From: Octopus sinensis | Taxonomy: Eukaryota | DNA length: 64,000 nt | Direction of reading: 5' to 3' | Assembly: GCF_006345805.1 (NCBI RefSeq) | Contig: NC_043012.1 | Location: 37,262,001 to 37,326,000 of the forward strand | Part shown: positions 1-13,483 of the stretch, piece after piece | Layout: every line of letters starts with the position of its first letter | How positions within the stretch are numbered: position 1 is the stretch's first letter | Translations under genes and position numbers: made by a program | The notes under the pieces: model-generated | Told to the model about the DNA's origin: nothing | Databases searched by the model: none | What the model saw: only the letters and a program-made list of their open reading frames with translations

Positions 1-77
1 TGTTTTGTTTCTTGAAGTTCTTTCTTTGAATATCTTTTACCGATGTTTGCTTCTGTTTGTTTAATAAGTTGTTCTAT

Positions 78-507
78 TTCTTACTTGTTTCAGTTTTGGT
101 CCGCGGCCATACTGGGGCACAGCCTTGAAGGGCTTTTAGTCGAACTTGTTGATCCTATTACTTATTTGTTCTCTTTTTTAAGCCTGGTACTTGTTTTATC
201 ATTCTCTTTTGCCGAACTGATAAGTTATGAGGACATAAACACACAAACACCTGTTGTCGAGCGGTGGTGAGAGACAATCACAGACGCAAAGACACACACA
301 GACAGACACAAAATTACACACAAACACACACACACAACTGGTGTCTTTCAGTTTCTGTCCACCAAATCTGCTCACAAGGCTTTGGCCAACATGAAGCTAT
401 AGTGGAAAACTACTTGCCCAAGATGTCATGCCATGGGATTGAACCCACCCCGGGACTATGTGCTTGGTGGTTGGGAAGCATACTTCTTACCACGCAGCCA
501 CGCCTGC
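78..507 (-). mobile_element. SINE family A (tRNA-derived head, CORE-like 'caccttgggcaag', internal TA/CA tract)
   Basis: Head ggctgcgtggtaagaag... and tail ...ctgaaacaagtaag; homologous to many copies in the window. Confidence 0.8.
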
Positions 508-1029
508 TTGTTGATTTTATTTATGAAACCCAATTCTTTGAATGACCTAAAACGGTCAACTGATACTTTGGTACATTCAATCCTACAAACACATTCTGTG
601 GCGTTGAGTAATCATTTAGAAGGAGGATACTCTTGGTTTGTATGGTGAGACATTTACTATGAAATGCCTTTCCTAGAGACACAAGAGAATGCTGCCGGCA
701 GCGTAATTTGATCTCTTGACCTACATGTTTCTAGTCCACATTCCACTTGTACAAATATTTGACATTATTTACTCCACAAACAAAAGACCATATTGCAAAC
801 TCAAACACACACACAAACTACACACAATATATATGTCATCATGTTCACATCATCATCATTTAATATTCCATCTTCTATGCTACATTGAGTTGGATGGTTT
901 GATTGCAGCTGGTAAGCCAAAGGACTGCACCAAGGTCCACCGTCTTCTTCGGGTTGGTTTTTTTATGGCTGGTTGCCCTTCTTAATGTCAGCCACTTTAC
1001 ACAGTGGACCAGTGAGGTCTGTTCGGCAT

Positions 1030-1225
1030 CAGTCGCCATGATAGATCATTAGCCACTACACATGTTTTTTTCTCTCCTTGTTTTTTCTGTGCCCCTTTCT
1101 GTAGAAGAGCGTAGGCTCGAAACGTAAAAGACTTTTTCTATTCCTGAGAGTTATACTAATACATCTATTTGTTTTCTACACCACCTGTCTTCGTCTTTTG
1201 TTTTTTTCATAAACTCTCCCTATAT
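1030..1225 (+). mobile_element. Penelope-like pseudo-LTR remnant with a minimal hammerhead-like motif (1095-1130)
   Basis: cttt-CTGTAGA-A-gagc-gtag-gctc-GAAA-CGTA-aaag has the topology of the minimal type I hammerheads of Penelope-like elements. Confidence 0.55.
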
Positions 1226-2032
1226 ATATATATATATATATATGTTTTGTTTTATTCTTTTACTTGTTTCAGTCATTTGACTGTGGCCATGCTGGATCAC
1301 CGCTTTTAGTCAAACAATTGACCGAATATTCAAATCATATTTTCTTGTCTTCTACTGTATGGATAAAAAGATGCTAAATACCAAATATGTGGATCTCTGC
1401 TGGTGTGAGGACCCATTCACCTTGGGCCAATATTATCAAGAACAATACCAATTAATAGGGATGAAGAACAGATTCTATGCAAATTATTCTGTCTTTTATT
1501 GGACTCTACGAAACATAGAATTTGACGGAAGATAAAGACTCTGGTGCATGGAACCATTGAATTTCAGGTTTAGTTTCTGTGGAGATTGACATGTTTGTTC
1601 TTTTATTCCAAGAGGACTTGACTCAGTTACTGTTATTCTAAGGGATTTTGAGGGGAGGGGAAGGGACAAGAGAGAAGGGGTGGTTGTGGTGGTGGTCATG
1701 GATGGTTGTAAACTAATCAGGGTTGAGTTGTAAAGGATGTGAGAATTTGAATGTTTCTTTTGTCAACACGTGTGTGTGTGTGTGTGTGTGTGTGTGGAAG
1801 AGGGAGGAATGTGCAGGATGAAGGGGATAATGGTTTGGTCTGAAGAATGAAGTGAATGGTATTGGGGAATTAATTGTCTGCTATTCTGTGGGAGATATGT
1901 GCTCTATCCATAAAGCATCAGCAAGAAAGAGAGAGACAGAGAGGGGGAGAGACAGATAAACAGGTAGAGGGAAAGAAGTGGCTGGGGGGGGGGGGTAGAT
2001 TTGGCAAAGCCTTAATGGGTATCCTGCATGCA

Positions 2033-2044
2033 TGTGTGTGTGTG

Positions 2045-2117
<73 letters not shown>

Positions 2118-2377
2118 GGAGGGTAAAAATACTAGTTTTAGTGAAGAAAAGGAAGCCCTATGAATGTAGAGGTGTCTATGAGTCATGCTTTGTAAATAGA
2201 GGCAGGAAAGGTGGTGATTGGTTGGTCCTTAACTTGATAATATCAATGTTTTAAAAGTTTGTTTCTGAGGCTGAAGCATGTTGACAGTGAGATAAGATCA
2301 AAGATGATGGCTCTTGCCTCTTCCATCTCCACATTCACTGCTCTGCTGTTTTGTTTGTCTCTTTCCTGCCATGTTGA

Positions 2378-2435
<58 letters not shown>

Positions 2436-3000
2436 TGTGTGTGTGTGAGTGTGTGATCACAGGCAGTACTCAGATGTGGTTGTTTTTTTTTTCTCTCTTT
2501 TGTTTTTGTTTTCTTGTTGTTTCCAGGCTGTGTGGTTAAAAGAGAAAAAAGAGTTTGCTCCCCCCCTCGCCCAACCATGTGATTTCAGGTTCAGCCCCAA
2601 TGCATGGTGGCACCTTGGGCAAATATCTTCAGTGGCAGCCCCAGGGCTGACCGAAACCTAACGCTGGGAGTTGGCAGGCAGGAACTGATAGAAGCACATC
2701 GTGTATGTATGTATGTGTGTGTGTGTGTGTTTATGCGTGCACGTGTGTCTGTGTGCACGTGTGTTTAAGTATATCTTTAAGCAAATGTATGTGCAAGTAT
2801 TTATTTATATATGTATGTGTATGCAGATGTATTTGTTTATGTGTGCGTGTATTTACATATTTGCATGTGTTTGTGTGCATGCATGCATTTGTTTACACAT
2901 GTGTGTGTCTGTATGTGTATGTATTTATATATACGTGTGTTTTTGTGTGTTTACATATACATGTTTGTGTGTGTGTGTGTGTATGTGCATTTGTTTATAT
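2033..3000. repeat. Compound (TG)n and TG/TA microsatellite field; representative of dozens of (TA)n, (CA)n, (GA)n, (ATT)n and (CAT)n tracts in the window
   Basis: Directly visible. Confidence 0.95.
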
Positions 3001-3511
3001 TTGTGTTCAACAAAAAGGTATTCGCTACAATTCACGTTCTTATTCTTGTTACTTGCTTCACACCTTCATAGACGTGAGAAATAAAAGACCAATCCCTTAC
3101 TTGAAAAACAGCTTAGGATTAGCAACAGGAACAAGCACCAAACTGTAAAACAATGCTGCAATAGTATAACATATACACCTCTAACCCATGCTAACAACAG
3201 GAAAGCAGATGTAAAAACTGACAAATGAATTTTCACAGTTGTTTGTGAAATAGGAAACAGGATTTAATAAATAGGAAATAGGATTTAATAAAACCTCTTC
3301 CCCCATCGCTTTGACTCAGTACCTGTTAAATAATAATGATAAATACTTTAATTTTTGGCACAAGGTCCACAATTTTAGGGAGAGGTGGTTCGTCAATTAC
3401 TGGCCTTGTGCCAAAATTTGAAACCAATATTAAGGTGTTGAAGCAGTTTGTTAGATTTTAAGAAAGAAGTAGGGGGTTTTCATTGTGAATTCAGTTCTGT
3501 CTGTCCTTTAC

Positions 3512-3885
3512 TTAACCCTCTTCTTGACCATATTTCTATCAAAATACTCTGTCATTATTTTACTTAATTTTGAAAAGAATGGAAAAGTCTGAAGAAAAAT
3601 ACTTTTATCATTAAGCAAGTGTTCACAACATAACATGAAGTTTTGATGGAAGGGTTTAATTTAGATCTTTTTAACCATTTTGGTACCATATTTTTGTTCA
3701 AATACACTGCCATTGTTTTAATTAATTTAAAAAATAATGAAAAAAATTTGAAACATATCTTTGTCATTATTAGGCAGGTGTTTGGAATGTAGGATGAAAT
3801 TTTAATGGAATTTTTTAATAGAGACCACAAAGTGCCCTGTTGATAGACTATGTGTACAGGGACAGCTGAGTAGAGCAAGGGTTAA
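3512..3885. mobile_element. piggyBac-type MITE (TTAA-CCCT...AGGG-TTAA)
   Basis: TTAA flanks and CCCT/AGGG ends; internal sequence shared with 5926-6321, 29166-29391 and 41139-41602. Confidence 0.8.
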
Positions 3886-3898
3886 CTCAGCAATGGGG

Positions 3899-4126
3899 TT
3901 AACCCTTTAGCATTTAAACTAGCGATATATGGCACAAATATTCTTCTTGTTTTATATTGAAATCAGCCAGATTTGGCTTCTCCCACCTACCCAACAATGT
4001 CATTCTAAAAACGAACAGTCACATCATCAAAATCTCAAAAGTTATAAGATAATGCATAGTTTATGTAAAAAATGTGAATAAATAAGCATTATATTTGAGA
4101 GAAAAATCTGAATGCTAAATGGTTAA
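3899..4126. mobile_element. piggyBac-type MITE, second subfamily (ttaaccctttagcat...atgctaaagggttaa)
   Basis: TIRs plus TTAA; homologous copies at 7184-7406, 12606-12822 and 33462-33682. Confidence 0.85.
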
Positions 4127-4715
4127 GATAGAAAGTTTGTATCAGAACCAGAGCGGTACCATAAGGTTCCCTGGTATTGCTGGGGAAGACTTCCATAAGA
4201 CATGGATGCTGCTCTTGCATCTCCATGGACTAAAATAAATAAAAAGAACCACGAGATTTTTTAGTTGTAATTTTGAAACTCTGAACAGTCAGGGTAACCG
4301 GTTGAGTACCGAGAGAGGGAGCTGCTGTACTCTGTCTATGACCGCTGTACTCTAATGCTGTACTTTGTCTCTGAATGCAAGAGTCGGTGTTTCATCAAGC
4401 AGTGAAACAGCTCTGAAGGTGTTTTGGTCCCTTCCACTGCTGGGAGTGGATGGGGTGGGGTGGGGGGCGCCCTGCCACACAACAGCATGAGCTTTGGTGG
4501 GTCAGGTGTTATGACTCTGGGCCAGATGTTCCTACCATCCCCAAATACTCCTTCTTGCTGCTGCACCTCTTATCCTCTCTCTTGAGGCAGATTATTGACT
4601 GATGTAATTTAGTAAAAGGTTCAGACTGTGTAAAAAAAGGGACTCTAATTTAACATTTATGAATAAAGGACATAATAACATTCTATACTAGTACTCCTTT
4701 GCTTTCAGTTCTGTA

Positions 4716-5010
4716 CTTCATGTTAGTTGCCACATGACTACTGGATTTCACTTATGGAGGCACTACATGCTCATCTACCACATGGGTCCTAGCTCTTATC
4801 TAATGTGGAAGAACTATGTTTAGCTTGGTTACCACATGAGTACTAGCTCTCACCTTCTATGACAGTACTACATGTTCAGGTATGATATGGCACTACTTCT
4901 CAGCTCTTATTGGCTCTCATTTCGTATGGAAGTACTACATGTTTAGTTTAGTTACCACATGGGTACCAGCTCTTGGCTCTTATGGAAGAGCTACATGCTT
5001 TGTTACTGAT
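4716..5010. repeat. Degenerate minisatellite, unit about 50-55 bp
   Basis: Recurrent 'tatggaag.actacatg...taccacatgggt.c.agctct'. Confidence 0.6.
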
Positions 5011-5925
5011 TGACACCTTATATGGAAGAAGCATTGAAGCTGGAAAGTAACGTCCCTGACTATGCCAAGAAGAATGAGGAAGTCTGGTTGACAGATTAAT
5101 TCCAAGGTGTGAATGTATAATTGAGGTGATACATTGATTGTCAGCTTACTTACACAACACCCAACTTAAGTGTGTGAAAAAGGATGGCTTCACAACTACT
5201 CATTAGTTGAACATTTTCTCATCATTCCATTCTGTGTCCACATATTTTCTTTGGTATTCCTGATCATGTTTAACACCCAGAATGAGTAACTACTGTAGAA
5301 TCTAGAGCAGATTCTCAATGCAAGACTCATCATTAACAATATCGTGTTTATTGGTGAACTTACCATCTGATATCATCAACAGTCATTGACTCCTTTGGTT
5401 CTGACCTACCCAAGAACACCCGTGGCACGAAACGTCTAATTTTGAAGTGTTCATCTGTGAATTAGATCCTTCTTACTGTAATTTTAGATACAACCTTTTA
5501 TCGTGCTATCTTCCAAATAACCATCCTTGTTCATGGAGAAAAGCTGGTTGTTTTACTAAATTCCTCCAAATTCTTTCTTTTCAAATTTAAGTGAAATAAA
5601 TATACAGGTGTGGCTGTGTGGTAAGAAATTTGCTTTCCAACAACATGGTTTCGAGTTCAATCTGTATGACACCTTGGGCATGTCTTCCATAACTCCAGGC
5701 TAAATTTTCTAATCATTCACATTTTTAAGGTTTGTCACTAATAAGCCCCTGGGTGTTAAAATTTTTAGTAAGGTTTTTTTCTTTTTTATTTTGTAGAAGA
5801 CAAACCATAACCCTTTCTTTTTGAGAATTACTGTGAATTAAAGATGCCACCTTAGAATTAGTTAGGGACGTAACACTAGGGTTTATGGTTCAAATCTGAT
5901 TGTGTTGACTTAGCTCAGATTAAGA

Positions 5926-6321
5926 TTAATTCTTTCATTACCATATTTATGCTGAAATGCACACTGTCTGTTTCAATGAATTTTGAAAATAAGGAAAAAT
6001 TTTATTAAAATAACTTTTACCATTTTTAAGCTGGTATTTGGAAAATAGATTAACATAAGATTTTATTGAATGGTTTAAATTCAGATCACTTCAACTCTTT
6101 TGTTACCATAGTAACCATATTGCTGTTGAAATTCATTTGTTTCAGTTAATTTTGAAAATAACAAAGAATTTTGTAAAGTAACTTTGATAGTAATCTGCTA
6201 TTTAGAATATGAATTTACATGGAATTCTAACAGACAGTTTTAATATGAATCATTTTATGAAATAAGCAGTTTATAGAACCAGGTGGTTTGGTCTCAGGTG
6301 AGTTGGTAAGAAAAGGGTTAA
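5926..6321. mobile_element. piggyBac-type MITE(s), degenerate or compound
   Basis: TTAA ends with an aaagggttaa right end. Confidence 0.65.
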
Positions 6322-6674
6322 GAAGATCTGGATATATAGTCTAATATTTTGAGGGGATTGAGGAATATTTTTAGTACCAGAGTTGAGTTACAAGAGTCTA
6401 AGAAGAACCTAGGGGTTCATTCAGTGCTGAGGGAAAAGAGTAAAGCTTCAATATTCATTAGTTCTTCAGTGTGTAAGTTATATTAAGTTACATTTGGTCT
6501 TTGGGTTTTCTTAAGGGTGTTTCCTCATCAGTTGTGGGTCTCAAATTTCCTTCCATGGATGAGGGCTTCTGTCGGCACTGTTGTTCCAGTGGATGTGGAG
6601 TGTTGATTTATGAGAAAGTTTGATGACACAGGATTCCAGGAAATGGCAAGGGAATTATTAATTGATGTTATTCT

Positions 6675-7072
6675 GTTGCTTGTTTCAATCATTTGACTGT
6701 GGCCATGCTGCAGTATTGCATTAAAGGGTTTTTAGTTGAAGAAATCGACCCCAGGACTTATTCTTTGTAAGCCTAGTACTTATTCTATTGGTCTCTTTTT
6801 CTGAACTGCTGTGTTATGGGGATGTAAACACACCAACATCGGTTGAAAGGCAGTGATTGGGGGACAAACACAGACACAAAGACACACACAAACATATATA
6901 TGCACACACACACAATGGGCTTCTTTCAGTTTCTGCCTACTAAATCCACTCACAAGACTTTGCTTGGCCTGAAGCCATAGTAGAAGACACTTGCCCAAGG
7001 GTGCCATGCAATGGGACTGAACCTGGAACCATGTGGTTGGGAATCAAGCTTCTTACCACACAGCCATGCCTG
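6675..7072 (-). mobile_element. SINE family A, full length
   Basis: Head, CORE-like segment and tail all present. Confidence 0.85.
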
Positions 7073-7080
7073 TAGAGTGT

Positions 7081-7547
7081 CAGTGGTTCTTAACCATTTT
7101 TTCCTTAGCGACCCATTTGTTTCTTATTTTACTCAGACAGATTCAATGGTTAGAAAAAAATTCTATTATAATACTTTTTATCATTAACCTTTTAGTATCC
7201 AAATTCTTCTGTCAAATGTAATCCTTATTTATTCACATTGTTTTGAATTAATCTTGCATTATCTCATTGAGATTTTGATGATGTGATTGTTTGCTTTCAG
7301 AATTACATTGTAGGTTAGGTGTGAGAGGTGAGATATGGCCAACTTGAATGTAAAATATGTAGAATATTTGAGCCAAATTTGGCCAGTTTGAATGCTAAAG
7401 GGTTAAATATTGTCAGGAATTGTATGAAAAAAACCAAATATTTTGTGTATTGCAAAAGTATTAAAGATTTATTGCACATAAATTTCAACAACAAAACCTT
7501 GTATGAACCCCGCTGAGAATCATATAAACCTTGGTCAAGAACCACCG
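7081..7547. mobile_element. hAT/Charlie-type MITE (cagtggttct...agaaccaccg) with a nested piggyBac MITE at 7184-7406
   Basis: Degenerate TIRs; homologous to 27248-27465 and 37349-37614. Confidence 0.65.
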
Positions 7548-8377
7548 TGCTTGATGGTTGAGGGTACCCTAATTGGGGCAAAAAGAAGTAAGATTTGGAC
7601 AAGAAAGGTTTTGAGGTCATGCTTAAGAAATTATGGCCTTTTACAGTTGAGATTACAAAGGCAAGCAGAGAGATGGTATACAGTATTTTTTTCTTTCTTT
7701 TAAACCTCTACTCCTATAAACCTCACAAAGCATTGTGTGTGTGTGTGTGTTTGCCTCTCTAACTACTACATACTATTGCTATGACTAAGATAGTGTTTCA
7801 TTGATAGTCTATTTGTTTTGTAGCATAAAATACCAAGGTACTTTGTTGTTGTTGTTGTTGTAGTATGTAGTTCATTTCTACTGCCACACCTTGACATTCA
7901 TATAACTACTTGTCATTTCACACTGGAAAAATACATATATATATATGGCGCTTAAATGATGTTGACCATGATGATGATGATGATAATGATATATATAGAC
8001 ATACATACCTTTAAGCTAAATGGTTCTCTTGAATTATATATGTGTGCTTGTGTGTATGTAGTAAATCATTCTCTCTTAAGATGTTAACTTAGCCACATAC
8101 ACACAAAGAATGCCTACAGGAGAGAGAAGCCATATCACTGTGGGGACAGACAGACAGACAGACAGAAGAAGAGGGGTGTTTGGGTGGGAGAAGGAAGCTA
8201 AAGGGATTTGAAAAAAACTTGTAAATTCATCTCCTGTACCTTGAGTCACGACCCCCTGGCAATGAACTTACTCATTTCCCATATATGATTCTTCACAATA
8301 CCCATGTGTGTGTGTGTATGTGCCTGTGTATATACACACGTTTATTTATTTATCTATATGATATATGTATGTATATA

Positions 8378-8536
8378 CAGGAGTGGCTGTGTGGTAAGAA
8401 GCTTGCTTCCCAACCACATGGTTCTGGGTTCAGTCCCACTGCCTGGAACTTTGGGTAAGTGTCTTCTACTATAGCCTAAGGCCAAGCAAAGCATTGTGTG
8501 TGTATTTAATAGATGGAAACTGAATGAAGCCCATCT

Positions 8537-8593
<57 letters not shown>

Positions 8594-8697
8594 GCATGCC
8601 TGTGTAATCTCAACTATAAAAGGCCATAATTTCTTAGGCATGATCTCAAAAACTTCCTTCTTTTAGCCCCAGTTGGGGTACCCTCAACCATCAAGCC

Positions 8698-8762
<65 letters not shown>

Positions 8763-8970
8763 GTGTGTGTGTGTGTGTTTGTTCCCCCACCATCACTGAC
8801 AACTGATGTTGATGTGTTTATGTCCCCATAACTTTGCGGTTCAGCAAAAAGAAACCAATAGAATACGTACTAGACTTACAAAGAATAAGTCCTGGGGTCG
8901 ATTTATTCGACTAAAGGCAGTGCTCCAGCATGGCCATAGTCAAATAACTGAAACAAGTAAAACAAGAAAA
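8378..8970 (+). mobile_element. SINE family A with an extra segment inside its (TA)n tract
   Basis: Head caggagtggctgtgtggtaag and tail gaaacaagtaaaac; insert at 8594-8696. Confidence 0.85.
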
Positions 8971-9420
8971 GGATATATATATATATATACATACATATAC
9001 ACAAACCCCCACACACATATATGTACACACATACAAACACATAACATTCATATACGTAGAATTAAATGAAAGTAAATATATTATTATCATTATTATTAAA
9101 TGGTCAGCGCATTTTGTCTGTTCAAATTCCACCCAGGTCAACTTCGCCATTCATCCTTCCGGGGTCGATAAAATGAGTCCCAGTTGAACACTGCTGGTGG
9201 GTTGGTGGGTTGATGTAATCAGCTTACCCCCGTCTCTTGAACTTGCTGGCCTTGTGCCAAAAATTTGAAACTATTATTATTATTATTATTATTTTGGCCT
9301 TGTGCCAAAAATTAGAAATAGTTCTTATAATTAGTATATACTCTACATAATTGAGTATTGAGTCATTATTTGAACTCTGGTTTTCCCAAATCCATGCTGG
9401 GCATATTCCATATACATATA

Positions 9421-9454
<34 letters not shown>

Positions 9455-9476
9455 TGCACATGAACATACATATTTT

Positions 9477-9889
9477 TTTCTCTTACTTGTTTTAGTCATT
9501 TGACTGAGGCCATGCTGGACCACCACCTTTAGCTGAACAAATCGACCCCAGGATATATTCTTTGTAAGCCTAGTACTTATTCTATCGGATCTCCTTTACC
9601 GAACTGCTATGTTACAGGGACGTAAACATGCCACCATCGGTTGTCAAACGATGGTGGAGGGGATACACAGAGACACACAAACACATACATATATGTGTAT
9701 ATATATATATATACACACACACATGATGGGGGCTTTTTTCAGTTTCCATCTACCAAATCCACTCGCAGGGCTTTGGTCAGCCCAAGTCTATAGCACAAGA
9801 CACTTGCCCAAGGTGCCACGCTGTAGGACCGAACTCAGAACCATGTGGTTGGGAAGCAAGCTTCTTACCCCACAGCCACTCCTGCACCT
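9477..9889 (-). mobile_element. SINE family A, full length
   Basis: Homology to the family consensus seen in the window. Confidence 0.85.
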
Positions 9890-10679
9890 ATTTAATTATA
9901 AAAAATATAATAGGGGTTTTTTAAACATCAAATGGCTATGAGGGTGCAGCTCAGTAAAATAGAAACCGAAGGGGTTTCTAGGTAAATAATGGTCGAGAAC
10001 CGCAAACCTAAATCCTGCAGTGTGGTGCGCCTGCATGGCCTCAGCCATCCAACGACCGAAACAAGTGAAAGATAAACGATACCTGCTATTAGGTATCGAT
10101 TTCTCTTTTTGTTTTGGTTTTTGTTTGACAAAATTATTTCTAGGCATTGATTTTATTTTAGCACTATTAAACTATTTCTAAATAGTTAATTTCCTGTTCA
10201 CATTTGAGATTGTTCCTGGGCTGCTACATACCATTTTTTGTTTGTTTGTCTTCTTTTTGTCTTTGGTTATTTAGTAAAGTGTTAGACTAACAGGGAAGAG
10301 AATTGCAGCGTTATAATTCCATTTAATAATAGTTTTTGCCTAAACTAGAAATATTTGTTCAATATTTGGTTTATCCTTTTAAATTTAGAATACGCTGCCT
10401 CATCTGCTCATTAATTATTTTGCTTATGTTTTATCCCGTTTTGTTTCGGAAGCGCTTCTGTGGCTGGGAATTACAGTTTTCATTGCAGGTTGCAATAAAC
10501 CGCTTTCATCTTGGCGCTACCCTGATCTTTAAATGGAAGTGGGTTGTGGAGATGGAAGGAGGTAGTTTTTTTGTTTTGTTTTGTTTTGTTTGGTGATTGT
10601 TGTGAATATTGAATGATAACAAAAGAGCACAATATATTGTTGACTGTTGGCAGTATATTTCATCACTTTCATCCTCCTC

Positions 10680-11670
10680 CACATCATCATCATCAGGATC
10701 ATTATTTAACATCTGCTTTCCATGCTGGCATGAGTTGGGGTGGTTTGATGGGGGGGCTTGCAAGTCAGAAGATTGCACCAGGCTCTACGGTCAGCTTGAC
10801 ATGGTTTTTAAATGGTTTGATGCCCTTCCTAATGTTAACCACTTTACAGAGTGGACTAGGTGCCTTTTTTTTTTACTGTGGCACCAACAAAGTCATCAAC
10901 TAACTTGCCAGAGATGACCCCCTCAGCTGAGCAGGGAGTAGTATTGAAGAAGTGGCTTAATGCCAAGTGATGAGAGGTTATGGTATGATAGGGGGACGAC
11001 AGAATCTGGTGTCTTGCTGTAGAGGGTATACATGACTATCTCATGATAAGGGGACAGAAAAAAGTGTCTTGCCTTAGAGGGTATACATGACTATCCCAGT
11101 TGGAAAAGGAGAGAGCCATCATCATTTAACATTTGTTTTCCATGCTGGCATGGGTTGGACAACTTGCTAGGGCTTAGTAAGGCTGGAGAGCTGTGCCAGG
11201 TTCCAGTTGTCTGTTTTGGCATGGTTTCTATGGCTAGATTCCCTTTCTAACACCACTCACTCTGCAGGGTGTACTGGGTGCTTTATACATGACCCTAGCA
11301 TGGGTGCTCTATATGTGGAACCAGCACGGGTGGTTTTTATGTGGCACCAGAATATATAAATATATATTTTCCATTCTTTTATGGCTGTGGAAGTAATATT
11401 TTATCATCATCATTGTTTAACATCCATGTTTCATACTGGCATGGGTTGGATAGTTTGACAAGATCCTTTGAGTCCAAGGACTGCATTGTACTCCATTGTC
11501 TACTCGGGTATGGTTTCTTTTGCTGGATGTCTTTCCTTAAGGCCAACCACTTTATAACCGGTGCTGGGTACTTTTTTTCATGCCACTGGCTCAAATGTGG
11601 TCACCATGCAACTTGGAAGGCTACAAAAACCATTGGGGAATTGAGGGAACAGGCTTTTATGTGAGGAGAT
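10680..11670 (-). mobile_element. Three tandem SINE family C copies ((GAT)n tail, 'ttaggaagggcatc' motif)
   Basis: Each starts catcatcat...tttaacat...ttccatgctggcatgggttgga on the + strand. Confidence 0.75.
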
Positions 11671-11877
11671 GAGGAATTAGGAATTAGCTGATGCTTTCTT
11701 TTGAATAATGTAATTTACCAGAAGTTAAAATACACCCGAAACAGTCTTTGGAAATGGAAGTAAATTCATTGAATCAACTTCAAAATGGAAAAAGTTCAAC
11801 TGAAACTGCAGAGCAATCTATATAAATGGCGGTGCCCCAGCATGGCCACAGCTCGTGAGCTGAAACTAGAATCAATC

Positions 11878-12060
11878 ATATAAAGATGAGAATGTGTGTG
11901 TGTGTGTGTGTGTGAATCCCTAAAACTTGATAACTACCCAACTGATTTCATTCAAATTTTACACATGCCTTACTTTCTGCCCATGCAGTGTCATGGACCA
12001 AACACTCTACCATTGCTACTAATAACTGTTGGAAACCCTTTCAGACCTGCCTTACATTCG
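11878..12060 (+). mobile_element. Helitron/HINE-like 5' fragment
   Basis: atataaagatgagaatg(tg)n...caactgatttcattcaaatttt. Confidence 0.45.
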
Positions 12061-12605
12061 AACCGGAATCTCAAAGACATTGTCACCTTAACATCTCATT
12101 CTCATTCGATTCCCACAACAAGGAAATAAAATTTACTTCTCACAACGGGACAATGGAAGATGGTAAGAGACATTAACCAGATGCTGCCTTGTTTAATATA
12201 AACGGAAGAACAAATGGGGAACCAAATATAATTGCTGGATCTTCAGTAACTTCAAAAAACACACCTCTACATATGTAGCAATATTATGGATACAATGGGA
12301 AAAAAAGACTCTGATCTTGGACAGAAGATAAAACCTAATGTTGTGAGAGTATTTGTGTGTGGGTTTGTACACACAATAATTGTATTTGTCCCCATTTCAA
12401 TAAGGGATTGTTTAACTCCTTAGCATCCACATTGTTTTGTCAGCAGTAATCCTTATTTATTCACATCTTGAAGCTTTGCAGTTTCGATGAGGTAATTTAA
12501 TTTGATATTGTAAGATAGATGTGGGAAGCCACATCTGGCTAGTTTGAAAGTAAAACAGAATATTTTGGCTGGTTTTAATTTTGCTTCTGTGGTTCTTCAT
12601 TAACA

Positions 12606-12822
12606 TTAACCCTTTAGTATTTAAACTGGCCAAAATAGCTAATCTGTTTTATGTTCAAACTGACCAGATCCAGGCTCTCACACCTACCCTACAATGTTAT
12701 TCTACATTAAGTAATTACACCATCAAGATCTTGAAGATATGAGAAAATGCATGATTAATTCAAATCAATGGGAATCAATAGGCATTATGCTTGATTCAAT
12801 AATCTGAACACTAAGGGGTTAA
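12606..12822. mobile_element. piggyBac-type MITE
   Basis: ttaaccctttag...ctaaggggttaa. Confidence 0.85.
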
Positions 12823-13109
12823 AGACTTGTCCCCTTTGTTTGACTAAATTTTGATTTTGCACGGTGACATGCAGAAGCATTCTCCCATGTAAATTTGGGG
12901 GCAACTGTTTTTAATTAGGGAATATTTAATTCAACTTCGCACACTTTCTTTAACAACTTGTCACATCGATCTTTACCACTGTTTTTTGAAATTTAAGATA
13001 TCAGTGAAGCATATCACCATCACCATCATCATCAACATCAACATCATTTCATGTCAGCTTTACCATGCTGGCGTGGATCCGGTAGGTTTTGTAGAATAAC
13101 GTTTTTGTA

Positions 13110-13483
13110 GCTACCTCTGTAATATAAACATATATATATATATAGCAAAACTAACTACCTCTGTGCTATAAACACTCTTCTAAAACTAGGTACCTCTCTG
13201 CTATAAAGAGTCTTGCAAAACTAGGTACCTCTCTGCTATAAAGAGTCTTGCAAAACTAGGTACCTCTCTGCTATAAAGAGTCTTGCAAAACTAGGTACCT
13301 CTCTGCTATAAAGAGTCTTGCAAAATTAGGTACCTCTCTGCTTTAAGCATTCTTGCAGAAGAAGGCTCCTGTTTGCTGTGAGCATTCTTATAAAATTAGG
13401 TACCCCTCTGCTGTAAGCACTCTTGCAAACTAGGTACCTCAATGTTATAAACATATTCATATGCAACAAAACTAGGTACCTCC
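13110..13483. repeat. 35-bp minisatellite (aaaactaggtacctctctgctataaagagtcttgc)n
   Basis: About four near-identical central units flanked by degenerate ones. Confidence 0.92.

Noticed and set aside
1496-1699. 67-aa minus-strand ORF, and the nearby 2243-2578 ORF
   Set aside because: No homology recognised; partly built from simple repeats.
1874-3148. Long ORFs of CVCV/THTH/YIYI type (also about 21283-21596, 59081-59664, 60573-60986, 62006-62475)
   Set aside because: Translations of stop-free dinucleotide microsatellites, with no coding signal.
13170-13483. Regular 35-bp repeats with a CRISPR-like length
   Set aside because: The units are contiguous with no unique spacers, there are no cas genes, and the context is eukaryotic.
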